From the NCBI GenBank assembly GCA_964016885.1, contig OZ024742.1, forward strand, positions 223,882,001 to 223,946,000: a DNA stretch of 64,000 bases, written 5' to 3'. Numbering within the stretch: position 1 is the stretch's first letter; each line of letters starts with the position of its first letter. Below are positions 24,760 through 38,193 of this stretch, piece by piece. The notes beneath the pieces are model-generated. The model was not told the DNA's origin. It made no database searches and saw only the letters and a program-made list of their open reading frames with translations. Source of the stretch: Eledone cirrhosa (Eukaryota). The position numbers and the translations under genes were made by a program.

Positions 24760-25755
24760 CTATGGCAGGTACACAAGAGGTGTAGTAGGATAGAAGGTAG
24801 CTTATCAGAAAAGTTAAACTTTGCATGTAGCAGATGCAGAGGGATAGTTAATAGTAAGAGCATCAGTAAAATAATCGTTTTCCAATCCCAGGAAGGCTCC
24901 ATAGAAGTGGTAGCTTCTGCTACATAATTGATCAAATTAGTTTGTGAGGAGGCTTCATGGAGAGCATAGTAGCTAGAGAAAAAACAGGATGGAAAAAGTT
25001 CAGGGAGCTACTACCTCAGTTGACAATAAAAGGTTTCTCTCTATAAAAGAACGGCTGACTGTATGATGCCTGTTTTTGAAGTATGCTGTTGCATGGTAAT
25101 GAGACATGAGCAATAAATACAGAGGATATGCAAAGGTTAGAGAGAAAGGAAGCAAGTATGTTCTAAGGCAGGCATGTCAAACTGATGGTCCTCCGAGGGC
25201 CACATGGGTGACATGTGTTGGGGGGTGGCACACATGACAACTAATTGCGCACATTACAACTAATTTAAAAAAATTTATATTACAAAGATAAAACATGCTC
25301 GCGCTGTAAAAACCTTTGTGTGAGCCACAGGTGTGCTTGTAAAGGGCCACATGTGGCCTATGGGCCGCCTGTTTGACATGCCTGCTCTAAGGTATGTGTA
25401 GTGCTAATGTGTACGAAGAACAAAGCATGGAGGAGCTGTGAAAAAAAGTTGGGTATAAGAGGAATCAGTTATAGCACACAGGAGAGAAGACTGCACTGGC
25501 ATTGCCATGCGATGCATATGAATGATGATCGTTGAGTGAAGAAGTGTCAAGAAATTCCAATGGAAGGAATCTACAATAGCGGAAGGCCAAGGAAGACCTG
25601 AGCAGAGTTTATGAGAGCTGATCGCAAATTCCTGAAGGTCACAGTCAAGTTGACAAAGGACTGTGATGGGTGGAGGGATATGTTGAAAAAGACCTGTCCA
25701 ATCCATGCAAGCATGGAAAAATGAACATAAAACAGTGATGATGATGATGATGACA
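24760..25755 (+). mobile_element. Decayed RTE LINE 3' part, interrupted by a MITE
   Basis: VHKRCSRIEG...[16 protein letters not shown], and a tail ccatgcaagcatgg...gatgatg. Confidence 0.8.
25169..25384. mobile_element. hAT (Charlie-like) MITE, 216 bp
   Basis: Perfect 14-bp TIRs caggcatgtcaaac / gtttgacatgcctg; 8-bp TSD ttctaagg / ctctaagg. Confidence 0.9.
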
Positions 25756-26759
25756 CAACTAAAGAGTCCCCTAAACCTTTTGTTTGGCAAGTTTTCTATG
25801 ATTGAATTCCCATCCTATCACCATCTACTTTACAGAGTGTATTGGTTGTATTTATCACATTGAACACTAATACTAAAGAGGTTACCATGCTCCTGACACA
25901 ACTAAAAAGTCTTCTCAAACATTTTGGCATGGTTTCTACAGTGGGATGCTCTTCCTGTTGCCAATCACCTAACAGGGTGAACTGGATGCATTTTTAAAGG
26001 GATAAAGGTGGTATACATATAAAATCGCATGTGGAAAGGGTCCACAATCCCCAAAACAAAAAACATGTGTTGATCCATTTTCTAAGGGAGGTGACTCTTG
26101 TTTAATAATATGAATGTTTCTGATACTGTGTGTGTGCATTCTTTTGTTTATAATTTAACTCAATTGATAATGTGTTGTATGTTTTTGAAAACTGTGACTT
26201 GTGTGACTTGCAGAAAAGAATGTTTATGTGTTGGAATTATGGCAGTCTGTGCTGACTGGGTGTCGGCTGTGGGTCTTCCTTGAAGAAAGCAGGTATCTCT
26301 TGAGTCTTGAGGTGTAATCAGCTCTTGATCACCTTGTTCTTGGAGTTCAGGTATTTTTTTGCAATGAATTCAATCCCAGTAAAATCCTCTATTTTTCACT
26401 CAGGCAGAGGGAACATGTTTTTTTTCCTTTGATGCATGGTCTGGACAATTCTAGGATTCTCCATTTTATATTATGGAGGAAAGGTCTCCTTTATTTTAAC
26501 TGCCAGTTTGTAGAGAGCAGTGAAAGATATGTGGGCATGGTACAAGATGGTTTTAAACAACGATACTATTCTAATGTCCTTTAGGAACCCTAAAATGAAA
26601 ACCACCATGGCCTTGGAAAAAATGTCTGAAAAGGACAGTCTGTTAGAAAACCAATATTATTGGAAATATATATACTGTAGTACAAATTTGGTATAAATAT
26701 CCAAAGGTTAGAGCATTCAGTCCATAGGACGAGTTAAGTATTAGTTACAACAGTGACAT

Positions 26760-29225
26760 GTACAGGTACTTAGGTTTTGTTGGAGTCATCATCATCATCA
26801 TCGCCGTTTTACGTCTGTTCTTCCACGCTAGCATGGGTATTTACACCAACTCATTCAGTCTATCATATAAATGAAAATGGCTTCACACCATTGAAATTTT
26901 GGAAAGTATATGAGAGTTCCAAGGGTAGGTAAATAGACACATCCCTTGAATAATGTAAGTGAAAAGGGAGGTAACTATAAAAAAAATCTAAGGTAGGCAA
27001 CTTGTGTTACACAAAGAGCTCAGTGGTTAAATTAAAAAAATCAAAGAAAATAAATTCAGTTAATCTGGTCTAGACCATTATTTTAAAAACAAATTTTGCT
27101 TTATGAGGACAGTGACTGAAGCAGTCGAGATGGGTATTTAAGCAGCATTTCCCTGAAGCCAGTTGCAAGAGTATATTCCACTTCTCTGAGTTACACAGCT
27201 GGCAAAATTTTGTCCCATTGATATAGAGGGTGGATTTTTCCAGTATCCTCCATTTAATGGAGAATGCTATACTGTTATTTTTGAGGTTCCACACATGGTT
27301 CATTAGCTGAGTGGTATGTTTTTGTCAGGGTCTCTGAAGATTGTTTTGCAGTTCAGGAAACAGCTTTTGAACCAGCTCTTAGACATTCCTACATATGTCC
27401 AGGCTGCAGTTTGGTTGTTCTGGTTGATGGAGGTTACCTCTGTTTCATATATCACTGCCGGAATATTTCACTGTTGATCCAGAAGGCATACCTCTGGCCT
27501 TCTGCATGAGCATTTGTAATGTGGAAGGCTTTTACATTTGTTGGTGATGTTATGTTACTGGTACAAGAGTAGCTTATTTTCACTGTATGGCTGTTGAATA
27601 TTTGTCAGTATTTATTTCCTAAGGAAAGTTAAAATCTAGGAGGGCTAGGCATTTTCTATTCACTTTAGTCTTCACATTGAGCATGAACCACATGACGGCT
27701 TTGTCTAGGTTTTTTTCTTGTTAGATATAGGGCGGTAATCTGGAGAGTAAGTGATTCTCTCCAGAAACTGCTGTTGCTTAGGGCTGTCCTGTCAAAGATG
27801 GATTTGCTAGAAGAGAGGTTTAATACCCTCATGCTGATGTTATTAATGAGATTTTTAAAAATTATAGGGGGGTGATTAGAGTCCTTATGAATGTACCTAA
27901 GTTTTTCACTAGGTTTGTGGAATAGTCTGTATGTGTGTGTACATAGGTCTAAATTAACGTTTAGGAAGTTAACACTGGTGAGGTTGGTAATATTGTAATT
28001 TTTAGTCCTACATTGTTGAAGGTAGTAATCAGGTTTCTTCTAAAAGTGTCAAGGTCATGGCCACTTTTATGACATGATAATGCCAGATCATCATCACAAT
28101 ATAAGCCCCTATGGAAGTCAGGGAATTTCTTATGTAGTGTATTTAAGATAAAAAGGCTCACCAAATCGCATATATCAGCAGTCAAATCATCCCATCAGCA
28201 CATTGAATAGGTCATTGTAAGTGGATTTCTTTATCCAGTGGTCCACATTATTGAAGAGGAGGGTTTTCTTACAGTAGGATATTACTAACCAGTCTAACTT
28301 GTATATATTGGTGTAATAGCTTGTAAGGCCCTATCAAAAAGATCCTGGATATCAAAGGCTACAAGTCAACTATATCAAATTGTGTAAACTTAGCCTTCTT
28401 AAAGTGTTTGAGAACATTAAACCAATGTATAACTACTTGACTATTATCCCACTGTTTAAGATTGGACTGTTGTATAATGGCTCTATTAATTTTTCTAAGT
28501 ATGTCTTTAATAACAAGTCCAAATTCTGTTTTAGCAGTTGGTTTATTAAAGTCATCTTTATGGTCCTTAAGTGTAATATAAGCCTCTTTCCTAGCTAAGC
28601 ATTCTAACTTGCTGTTTACTTTGAGGGTGGTGACTACAAACTTCACCTCATCATTGATGGCATGGTAAATAGCAGGGGTCAGCTTTTTTATATTTAGACT
28701 GTATGGTCTTGTTCAGAAGTTGGTTGTGGGTAGAATGATCAAGTTCATAAAGATTGTTTGTTTTATCAGATATGATGAAGGTTTTATTAGAAGATCTGAC
28801 GTTTTTATGTCTCCACTTAGTTTATTCTGCAAGGAGTTGGGGTGTTTGTGGAGAAATATGCTAGCAACTAGATTAAGAAAATCAGCTTATAAAGGAGTGG
28901 GTAATTTATAGGTGGGTAATTTATAGACTTCAGATTGAAAATATTGGCTGAACTTGATGGTTTCCCTTCAAGGCCTGTGCCCTCCATCTCAATCACTTGA
29001 CCACATCTTTAACCTTTTGAAGGTGGAGCTTAGAATGAGTCCTGTTTGATGGGGTCAGTATATTTTTCAGAGAGTAATCAATCTCTTGGAACTCCATTTT
29101 CACGTTGTGTCAGGTATTCAGATATATAGAGTGCTCAATAGAAATAAAGGAGATCTTATTGGCAACATGACCCTCCCAAAGTATAACAATATCGGTTTCA
29201 ACACACGTTTTCAGATAACGAAATA
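26760..29225 (-). mobile_element. Near full-length but decayed Penelope-like element (second family)
   Basis: ATG at 29097 begins MEFQEIDYSLKNILTPS...LRWR; later EAYITLKDHKDDF, QFDIVD, GLYCDD, and GIY-YIG C-terminus IKWRILEK...CQLCNSEK. Many stops and frameshifts. Confidence 0.8.
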
Positions 29226-29265
29226 TATATATGTTGGACTTCCAACAAATTAAATACCCCTTCTA

Positions 29266-29373
<108 letters not shown>

Positions 29374-29520
29374 TATGTATGTATATATATATATATATGT
29401 ATATTATATATATATATATGTATGTATATATATATATATCATCATATCATCATTTTACGTCCGCTTTTCCCTGCATATATATATATGTTAATATATATAT
29501 ATAGGTATGTATATATATAA

Positions 29521-29613
<93 letters not shown>

Positions 29614-29689
29614 TATGCATTTATATGTGTGTATATATATATGTATATATATATGTATATATATATGTATGTATATATATATATATATT

Positions 29690-30300
29690 ATGTCAGGTCA
29701 CCAGTTGGTGCTACTGGTAACATGTATCCCAGTACAACCTGTCCCATGGTTGGGTAGTTGGCGACTAAACTGGCAACCCCACGAAGGTTTCTTGGTGAGG
29801 AGGGTGACTTTGGACATCCTGCAGGACTAAAAAGAAAACCTGTCAAAGGCAAAGGAGCTCTTCAGAGTCAATGGCCATCCAAAATCACCAAGAGAGATGA
29901 CCCCTTACCCTTTGTTAAGGCAGAATTCTAGGAGAAGGAAAACTCTGATGTAACACCTGCAACCCTAATGGTATCCAATGATGTTGACTTGTTCTTCTTT
30001 TTGGTAAATATCATCTTGGTTAAGAGAGTGGGACTGGCTTTGTGCAGTGCCTTTGCTCACTATAAAAGCTTCACGGCACAAGCATTCCTTTATATCTGGA
30101 GATCTCTCTGCACTTGTCATCACATGGTACCATGGGCCCAGCACTACGTGTCAATAATTGTCACAAGTGTAGTGTTTCTACCAGAGTTTTCAAGTCGCTG
30201 GCTGGACTAAAAAGTCACACTTGTTCAGTGTATCGGTAGGGGTTCTCCTACATGGATATAAAGTAGTGGCTATACTCGAAAACAAGTTGGCAGCCACCAT
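29690..30300 (+). mobile_element. Longest copy (about 610 bp) of the non-autonomous RTE-derived zinc-finger element
   Basis: 5' part resembles an RTE 5' UTR (gaaggaaaactctga). 3' part carries a remnant of CSVC-x3-F-x5-LKSH and ends gttggcagccaccat(at)n. Confidence 0.8.
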
Positions 30301-30309
30301 ATATATATA

Positions 30310-30622
30310 TATCATCATCATCATCATTTTACGTCCGCTTTTCCCCGCTTGCAAGCCTTGGACAGGTCCTATTCAGCACAGCATCTCTCCACTTGTCACG
30401 GTCTTTTTATCATCTCCTCCGTGAGATTCAGGGATCTGAGATCTGCTCTTACCACCTCCGCCCATGTTTTTTGTGGTCTACCACTACTGCATCTTCCTTC
30501 TACTGGGATTTTTTACCCAGTGGTCATCCTCCATGTGCATCACATGTCCATACCATCTCATATATATATATATATATATGCATATATATATATATATATA
30601 TATATATGCATATATATATATA

Positions 30623-30660
<38 letters not shown>

Positions 30661-30980
30661 AAGACACATATATATGCACATATACATATATCATCATCAT
30701 CATCGTTTAACGTCTATTTTCCACGCTAGCATGGGTTAGACAGGAATTGCCCCACTTGAGGCAAGATTGGTCGGGTGACTGTGTCTCGCATGTATAGGAC
30801 TATCTGGCAGGTTTTCTATGGCTGGATGCCCTTCCTAACACCTACCGCATTTACAGTGTGGACTGGGAGGTTTTTACCGTGTTACCTACACAGCCACATT
30901 ACAGCGTGGACTGCGTGTTTTTTTGACACCTACACGATCTCATTAGTTTGAACTGGATGTTGTGGTACCAACATAACTTT
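30310..30980 (-). mobile_element. RTE 3' fragment (30310-30560) and SINE/3' UTR fragment (30690-30980)
   Basis: [16 protein letters not shown] and (CAT)n tails. Confidence 0.8.
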
Positions 30981-30984
30981 ACAG

Positions 30985-31420
30985 GAGTATGGGATATCAA
31001 GGCAGCAAGAAGCTGAACATCAATCCCATATTCCTGCACAACCTTCCACAGCAGGTCTCGAGGAACGTAGACATATGCCTTCTCCAGGATGACAAAACAA
31101 GAATATACTTCTTGGCAATACTCCCATGATTTCTGAAATACCTGCCTCAGTGCGAATATTTGGTCAGCTGTGCTGTGTCCAGTACGAAAACGACACAGTT
31201 CATTAGCTAGCCGGACTCAACAATTTCCCCGCATCTCTTTGCCAGAAACTTAGCACAGGCTTTACCAGGGAGGCTTAACAAGGAGATCTCTCTATAATTG
31301 GAACAATCTCTCTTGTCTCCCTTTTTGAAAATTGGGATTATCACTCCCAATTGCCATTGCTTAGGTGCCTTTCCAGTGACCCAGGCCACCCAGCACACAC
31401 AAGTCAGCCAGAGAATACCT
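30985..31420 (-). mobile_element. RTE LINE internal fragment (family C)
   Basis: EGILWL...IIPIFKKGDKRDCSNYREISLLSLPGK; same family as 42120-43800. Confidence 0.85.
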
Positions 31421-32290
31421 TCAAAGCCAATATACAAAATTGGGGGAAGAAGTTTAAGACATACAGGACAGTGGAGAAACTCAATACAATATCTGAGGAC
31501 TGTCCTACCAACTCTTGATGACCTAGGGAGTGTACACAAGGAAATTGACATGGTCTGAAAGTCTGTTGAACAGACTAATAATGGGTCTCTCCACAGAAAC
31601 TTGCAAAAAGATTGTCAAAGAGAATCTTAAGAAGTACCTCTACTGAATACAGACTAAACAAAAGCTTACTAAGACAAACAGAAAGGTTATAGCTGAGAAA
31701 ATACTGGAGAAGATAGAAAACAACCCCAATTTTATGAATCTACTGTGGACCTCTGATGAAGCCCACTTTCACTTGGAGGGGAAGATCAACTCTAAGGATA
31801 ATGTGTTCTGATGGTCAAAGAAACCCACTGAAATCTCTCCACTTGGCTAAATGTACTACCTGAGCTGTAATTTCTAAGAGAAGGTTCATTGACCCATTCT
31901 TCTTCAAGGAAAATGGTATCACTGCTACAGTCTCAAAGGAATGCTATGTGGAGATCTTGGAAGACTTCAAAAAGGAGTTACAGACTCTCTCTAATGAATA
32001 AGTTCTGGTTCCAGCAAGATAGGACAAGCCTGCACAGCTCTAATGAGTTGCAAGAATGGCTGAAAAATAACTTTGGAAATTGTGTGATCAGTTTAAAAAA
32101 TGGTTTTGAATGGGCCCCACACAGCTCTGATTTAAGATCCCAGATTTCTTTCTTTGGGGTTATCTGAGGGATAAGTTATATGTCAACAACACACAGAACC
32201 ATCACCGAGCTAAAGGAAACATCAGGGAGAAGATCAGAACCATCACTAGGTCTGTTTGTAAAGACGTTATGCTAAACTTTATCAAATTTG
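31420..32290 (+). mobile_element. Decayed DD41D (rosa/VS-type) transposase fragment
   Basis: WTSDEAHFHL, FWFQQD...WAPHSSDL.., then DFFLWGY after a 1-bp frameshift; the restored spacing is 41 residues. Confidence 0.75.
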
Positions 32291-32479
32291 AGACCTATTA
32301 TCAAATTATTAGAATCATTAAAGCACGGGGCAAAATGTTTTACAGCCTTTGTTCTGGCTTTTTGCATTCTGAGTTCAAATTCCTCCAAGGTCAACTTTGC
32401 CTTTCATCCTTACAGGTTCACTAAAATAAAGTACCAGTCAAGTACTGAGATTGATATAATTGGCTTTCCCCTTCTCCCA

Positions 32480-33445
32480 AATTTGGTTGAAGTTCATTTA
32501 TGTTTATTGCCTCTGTGATTTGTCTAAACATTGCATCTTTTCTGTGTGTAGATTCTATTTTTATCTCTATGTTCTCTAATTTTCCCTTATGTTCTATTTT
32601 AGCATGTTGGTGGAGTATTGATGAGTCTTTTCTGGAGTTCTCGCCAGTGTTCATTTAATTGTTCTCCTATGCTACGAGCTGTCTCACCTATGTACATTAT
32701 ATTCTTATTTTTACATTGTCCCTCAGTACATCTTATGCTATATACTATGTTTCTAGTTTTACAGTTAATATGGGGACTTAGCTTACAGATTATGCATTTC
32801 CTATCTATACAGATTATGCATTTCCTATCTATACAGAGAAGTCTTTGAAAAGGGTATGTATTACTAATTAGTGTTTTTGTGGAGGTACCTGGTCTTTCCA
32901 CTATCTTAATATTTAGTTTAAGTTTATCTAGGGCCCTTCTAAATTTACCATGACTTTATTTTATTAACCTTATTCCTAGTTCTTTGTATTCTATTCCAAA
33001 ATTTGTTCCTATACAAGGGGCAGGTCCCATTTGTATCATTATTTACCATTTTTTCCCATTTGGTTCTGGCTCCTCTCTATATACTCTGATTTTGTCTCTC
33101 TGATTGTAACCATAGAACTGCATATGGTGGATGAAGTGTTGTATGTATCTCTCTAGTTCTTTGGGGTTGCACATGCGGGACACGTTCCTCATCACCCTTA
33201 CTAAATCCGCAATCAGTATGTTGATTTTGGTGTGATCTGAAACAGCTGAGTTTCGGTGGATCAGGTATTTAGAAGTCATGGGTTTGGCATAATGGGAATG
33301 GAGGATTTGTTTTTTGTTATTAATGGTTTCTAACCAGAGTTTTGTGTCTAGTACAGGTAATCGATGGTTGAGGTGTTTGCTTGTGTAGTCTATAGTAACT
33401 TTAATACTCTGGTGGATGGAGTTAGCTATTTGCTGGATGCTTTCC
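32480..33445 (-). mobile_element. Penelope-like element 3' remnant, same family as 150-1525
   Basis: RLPVLDTKLW, HYAKPM, CKTRNIVYSIRC...MYIGETARSIGEQLNEH, FRQITEAINI. Confidence 0.85.
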
Positions 33446-33446
33446 T

Positions 33447-34213
33447 GGAAGCGAAACCTAGTCAGTAGGCACCTCTTAATCAAATATACACCCCAATCCA
33501 CTACCCCTACCCTATCCTCCCACTCCCATCAACACCACCCTCTCTCTGTAAAGTTGGTGCCACAACATCCAGTCCAAATAAATGAGATGAGATCGAGATC
33601 GTGTAGTTGTCACGACAAAAAAACACACAGTCCACGCTGTAATGTGGCCGTGTAGGTAACATGGTAAAAAGTTGCCAGTTCCACACTGTAAATGTGGTTG
33701 GTGTTAGGAAGGGCATCCAGCTGTAGAAAACCTGCCAGATAGTCCTATATGAGTGAGACACGGTCACCCGACCAACATTACCTCAAGTGGGACAACTCCC
33801 GTCTAACCCATGCTAGGGTGGAAGATGGACGTTAAACGAAGATGATGATGATATATATATACATACAGATGGAGGCACATGGCTTAGTAGTTAGAGCATT
33901 GGGCTTGCAATCGAAAGGTTGTGAGTTCAATTTTCAGACCGGTGTGATGTGTTGTTTCCTTGAGCAAGACACTTTATTTCACATTGCTCCAGTTTACTCA
34001 GCTGTAGAAATGAGATGATAGGACTGGGGCCCATATCATTTCACTGCAAAGTGGTCGTGGAGGTGCCACAGCAAAAAAGCACCCAGCACTCACTGTAAAT
34101 GAGGTTGGTGTTAGGAAGGGCATCCAGCTGTAGAAATCAAGCCAGTATCAGTTCCCATCCCACCCTTGCAAGCAGGGAAAAGCGGACGTAAAATGAAATG
34201 ATGATGATGATGA

Positions 34214-34215
<2 letters not shown>
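33447..34215 (+). mobile_element. Two adjacent SINEs: an RTE-UTR type (33447-33852) and a tRNA-head SINE with RTE tail (33870-34215)
   Basis: A-box/B-box-like tggcttagtagttag and gagttcaatt; ccttgagcaagacactt core; tail matches the last codons of the full-length RTE. Confidence 0.8.
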
Positions 34216-34246
<31 letters not shown>

Positions 34247-34397
34247 ATATACATACATATGTATATATGTATGTACATATATATATACATACGTATATAT
34301 ATATATACATACATACATATATATACATACATAGATACATATATATATATACATAAATACATATATATATACATACATAGATACATATATAAATACA

Positions 34398-34445
<48 letters not shown>

Positions 34446-34544
34446 TATATATACATACACATATATATATATATACATACACATATATATACATTGATAT
34501 ATATATATACACACATATATATATACATACATCATCCTCCTCAT

Positions 34545-35005
34545 CATCATCATCGTTTCACGTCCATCTTCCTAACACCAACCACGTTTACAGTGTGGAC
34601 TGGGAGGTTTTTACCGTGTTACCTACACGGCCACATTACAGCGTGGACTGTATGTTTTTTTGTCGTGACACCTACACGCCCTCATTTGTTTCGGACTGGA
34701 TGTTGTGGTACCAACATAACTTCACATTGGAAGAGGTGGTGTGGATGGGGTGGGGGTAGTGGGGCCGGGGTGTACTTTTGTTAGAGGTGCCTACTGACTG
34801 TAGGTTTCGCTTTGTACTTAGGCAAGGCGGGTCTTCTGTATTACTGTGTAGCGCCAAAGATCTCGGTCCAGTGATATTGTCTTGGAGAGGTGTAAGTGTG
34901 TGAGGTCGGAATTTAGCAAGTCGTCCCAGGTTTTTCTGGGTCTGCCTACTCCGTGACTACCGTCTATTTTTATCGCCCTGTACTTTTTTATACAGCTGTC
35001 GTCTT
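34545..35005 (-). mobile_element. RTE family B 3' fragment
   Basis: Reverse complement of 22520-22960. Confidence 0.85.
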
Positions 35006-35010
35006 GTATC

Positions 35011-35086
<76 letters not shown>

Positions 35087-35540
35087 TATATACACATATA
35101 TACATATAAATATATATACATATATATGCATACATACACATATATATGCATACATATATATATATATATATATATTAGATATATTCACACACACATCTAT
35201 ATATATATATACACTCACACACGTATATATATAGCAGTATGAAACTCTCTGGAGAGCCGGACAGCAAATCTTGAAAGAACGCCCCTCCCCTCATATATTC
35301 ATTTATATATAAACGTGTTTATATATATACATACATACACACACATGCGTCTGTACAGTATACTAAAAATAATAACGAGAAGGATGCTATGGGTTCGATA
35401 GAGACAATAGGAGGACAAAATACGTGAGGACAGACGGCATGTAACGAATAATATAACATAACATAAAATAATATATATATAATACATATATATATAAATT
35501 AATAAAAATGTCTAAAAACAACGAAAAAAACAATACAGTA

Positions 35541-35640
35541 GCGACTGCGCAGACAGACGGTTAAGATCACGTGCTACGGTGACGTCAATTTTTCGCCTTC
35601 TTCCAAGGGCTTGTCGTCTCCCTTTCTTCCGTCACTCTCT
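35541..35640 (+). promoter_or_regulatory. Putative ZNRF promoter: TGCGCA, E-box (TCACGTG), full CRE (TGACGTCA) and pyrimidine-rich initiator-like tract
   Basis: TGCGCA 35546-35551, CACGTG 35568-35573, TGACGTCA 35580-35587; a CpG-containing non-repetitive patch about 1.2 kb upstream of the ATG. Confidence 0.65.
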
Positions 35641-36729
35641 AGCCTAGAGAAGAAGAAGGATGTTTTGTTCCACCTTACTGAATAGTTTGTAATCATGGCA
35701 GAGAGGGGAAGCGATGCTGGAGGAAAATTACTGATTCTTTACAACAACGAGAAGAGATATAACAACAACAATAATATCAATACATCTATCTCTACTACTG
35801 GAGTCATAGTGACAACACGTTTGGAACACTTGCCTACTACCACCTTCACCAACACCTCTAATATTCCTGTTACAGCATCATCATTGATATTATTATTATT
35901 ACTGTTGACAACGTCAACTGTGGCTGCTAATAATATTTTGCTTTCTCTTTTCTGTGTTCACAGTAGTCTGTTGCGAAATTACCAGAGTCAGCGTCGTTGT
36001 GTTTAGACTCTTTTTGCTGAACACAACCATTACCACCACCGTTAGAACACAACACACACACTTTATATATATATAAACAAATACACTTTCAATCTATCTA
36101 TATATCTTTGTTAAAAAAAACAAAACAAAAAACACGCACTGTCTGGGATATATTATATCAATATATAAATAAATATAAATATTTATTTACATATAAATAT
36201 ATATATTTATTAAGAAATAAATTTATATACACACATTTGTGTGCGCGCGCGTGTTAGTGTATGAATGGTCTGACTATATATGCGTACATATATATATATT
36301 TATAAACGGTTTAAGCTGGACACAAATATAGAACTATATTCACATTTAGTGCACCGAAGGTAGTGAAAAAAATTTATATATATATATGAAGTCGTAATTT
36401 CTTTGAAAAAGGCATTCTTGTGCTGTGATTATATATATATATATATATATATATAATTCTTGGTTGCTTTGAAAAAAAAAAATTTTTTAGTAAATAACCT
36501 TCTTCCGTATACCAAACAACGAAGACTTGTGTAAGGTAGACAGACACGTATGCTAGAGGCATTCTGAATGGATTTAGTAGACATAAACATATCTAAGGCA
36601 TGTATGTTTAGCATTAAACGGAAGAGGGAAGGGTAACGATTGAAATGTGTTGGTTAGATGTCTAGTAAAGCTGTTATTAATATCTGACCGACAGAAGAGA
36701 GAGAGAGAGAGAGAGATCTTACACATAAA

Positions 36730-36767
<38 letters not shown>

Positions 36768-36768
<1 letters not shown>

Positions 36769-37131
36769 TGGGAGCTAAACAAAGCTCAACTGGCCCTCGT
36801 ATGAGGACATATTCGGGCAGTGGCCAAAGTGGGCCAAGTACAGGCAATGCTGGCCATTCTGGAGGTGATTTGGCTGTTGTTGCAGGTTCTGCCGGAGCAG
36901 GTCAGGCCACAGCGGCCAGAGCCCGAGCTCGAAGCCTAGGCAGTTTTCATCCATCTGCGGGACATTCACCTTCTCTTAGTATACCAAATAACAACGGAAC
37001 TGGCGGAGTTAGCGGTGGAATAAGTTTGTTAGGGGCAATGTCTCCGGACTCGGATTCCAGCACACCAGAGGATGCACCGTTCGGACGTTCTTTCACACAT
37101 TCTTTGCCTGTGCACTTGTCTTTCTTCACGG
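36768..37131 (+). CDS. ZNRF2: First coding exon of ZNRF1/ZNRF2-type RING E3 ubiquitin ligase
   Basis: Myristoylation-type start MGAKQS; basophilic sites RMRTYS and RARSLG and the SLPVHL motif resemble vertebrate ZNRF2. Phase-1 donor G|GTACGT at 37131/37132, just before the expected zinc finger. Later exons were not found in the window. Confidence 0.88.
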
Positions 37132-37163
37132 GTACGTAGTCACTTATTTACTTCACTTTCTAT

Positions 37164-37312
37164 ATCATACATAAATGCATCTTTCATCATATATAAATGC
37201 ATCTTTCATCATATATAAATGCATCTTCCATCATATATAAATGCATCTTCCATCATACATAAATGCATTTTTCATCATACATAAATACATCTTTTGTCAT
37301 ACATAACTGCAT
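37164..37312. repeat. Approximately 22-bp tandem repeat (atcatatataaatgcatctttc), about 7 copies
   Basis: Read directly, just 3' of the splice donor. Confidence 0.9.
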
Positions 37313-37711
37313 CTGAAATATATACTTCAATTCAGCCCTATATTATACATAAATGCATATTTTACTACTACGACCAAACCCTGATATAATAGTAAAATAT
37401 TAGATAAATTTGACGAAATACAACACACATACTAAGGAATACTTCGTTTTAAGATCGCAGACAACTTCCGGTAAATGACAAATTCTAAGAAAAATATTTA
37501 TGATCGTAATCTACACCTTCGGAAATGTATTTCTTGCAATATATGCATTATTAAGAAACTTACAAGACAACAGTCAGGTGGGGTACTAAACTATATACAT
37601 ATATACACATAAAAATTGTATGTGTAAATATATATATATGTGTGTTATATTTATATGTATATACATAAAATCAGGTGGGGGAGAGGGTACTAAACTAGTT
37701 ATGTCATCTTA

Positions 37712-37763
<52 letters not shown>

Positions 37764-38120
37764 ATGTGCATAACTACGTATATAATTTACCGTCTACCAT
37801 GTATGTATATAATGATTCTAATGTTTATTTTTATTTATTTTCCTGGCACCTATGTCATGACCTTTCGTCTATTTGCTTATTAGATATTATATTGTATGAA
37901 CAATTTGGGTATTAGTTGCGTTGCTTAGTTAGATTCTAAGCTCAAGCTTGGTGACAATGGCACCATCAACATTGGTCTGACTCAAAAGTACGTTCCTCGT
38001 CGGCAACACGTATTTGAGTATAAATGTCTATTTGTCTGTCTGTTGGTAAATATTTAAAAAATAAATATGCAAAAGTACTGCACTCTTGGCTTCTCTCTTT
38101 CTCTTTCTTTCTCTCTCTCT

Positions 38121-38193
38121 GATTTCTACAGGACTAGAACTGTTTCATTCATATGATTTCATAGTAACGAAACAGATCTAGTCTGTAGAAGTC
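38121..38193. other. 73-nt intronic hairpin
   Basis: gatttctacag-g-actaga-a-ctgtttc pairs with gaaacag-a-tctagt-ctgtagaagtc. Confidence 0.7.

Noticed and set aside
33870-33945. tRNA gene candidates here and at about 40015-40080
   Set aside because: The cloverleafs are degenerate and run directly into SINE bodies, so they are SINE heads.
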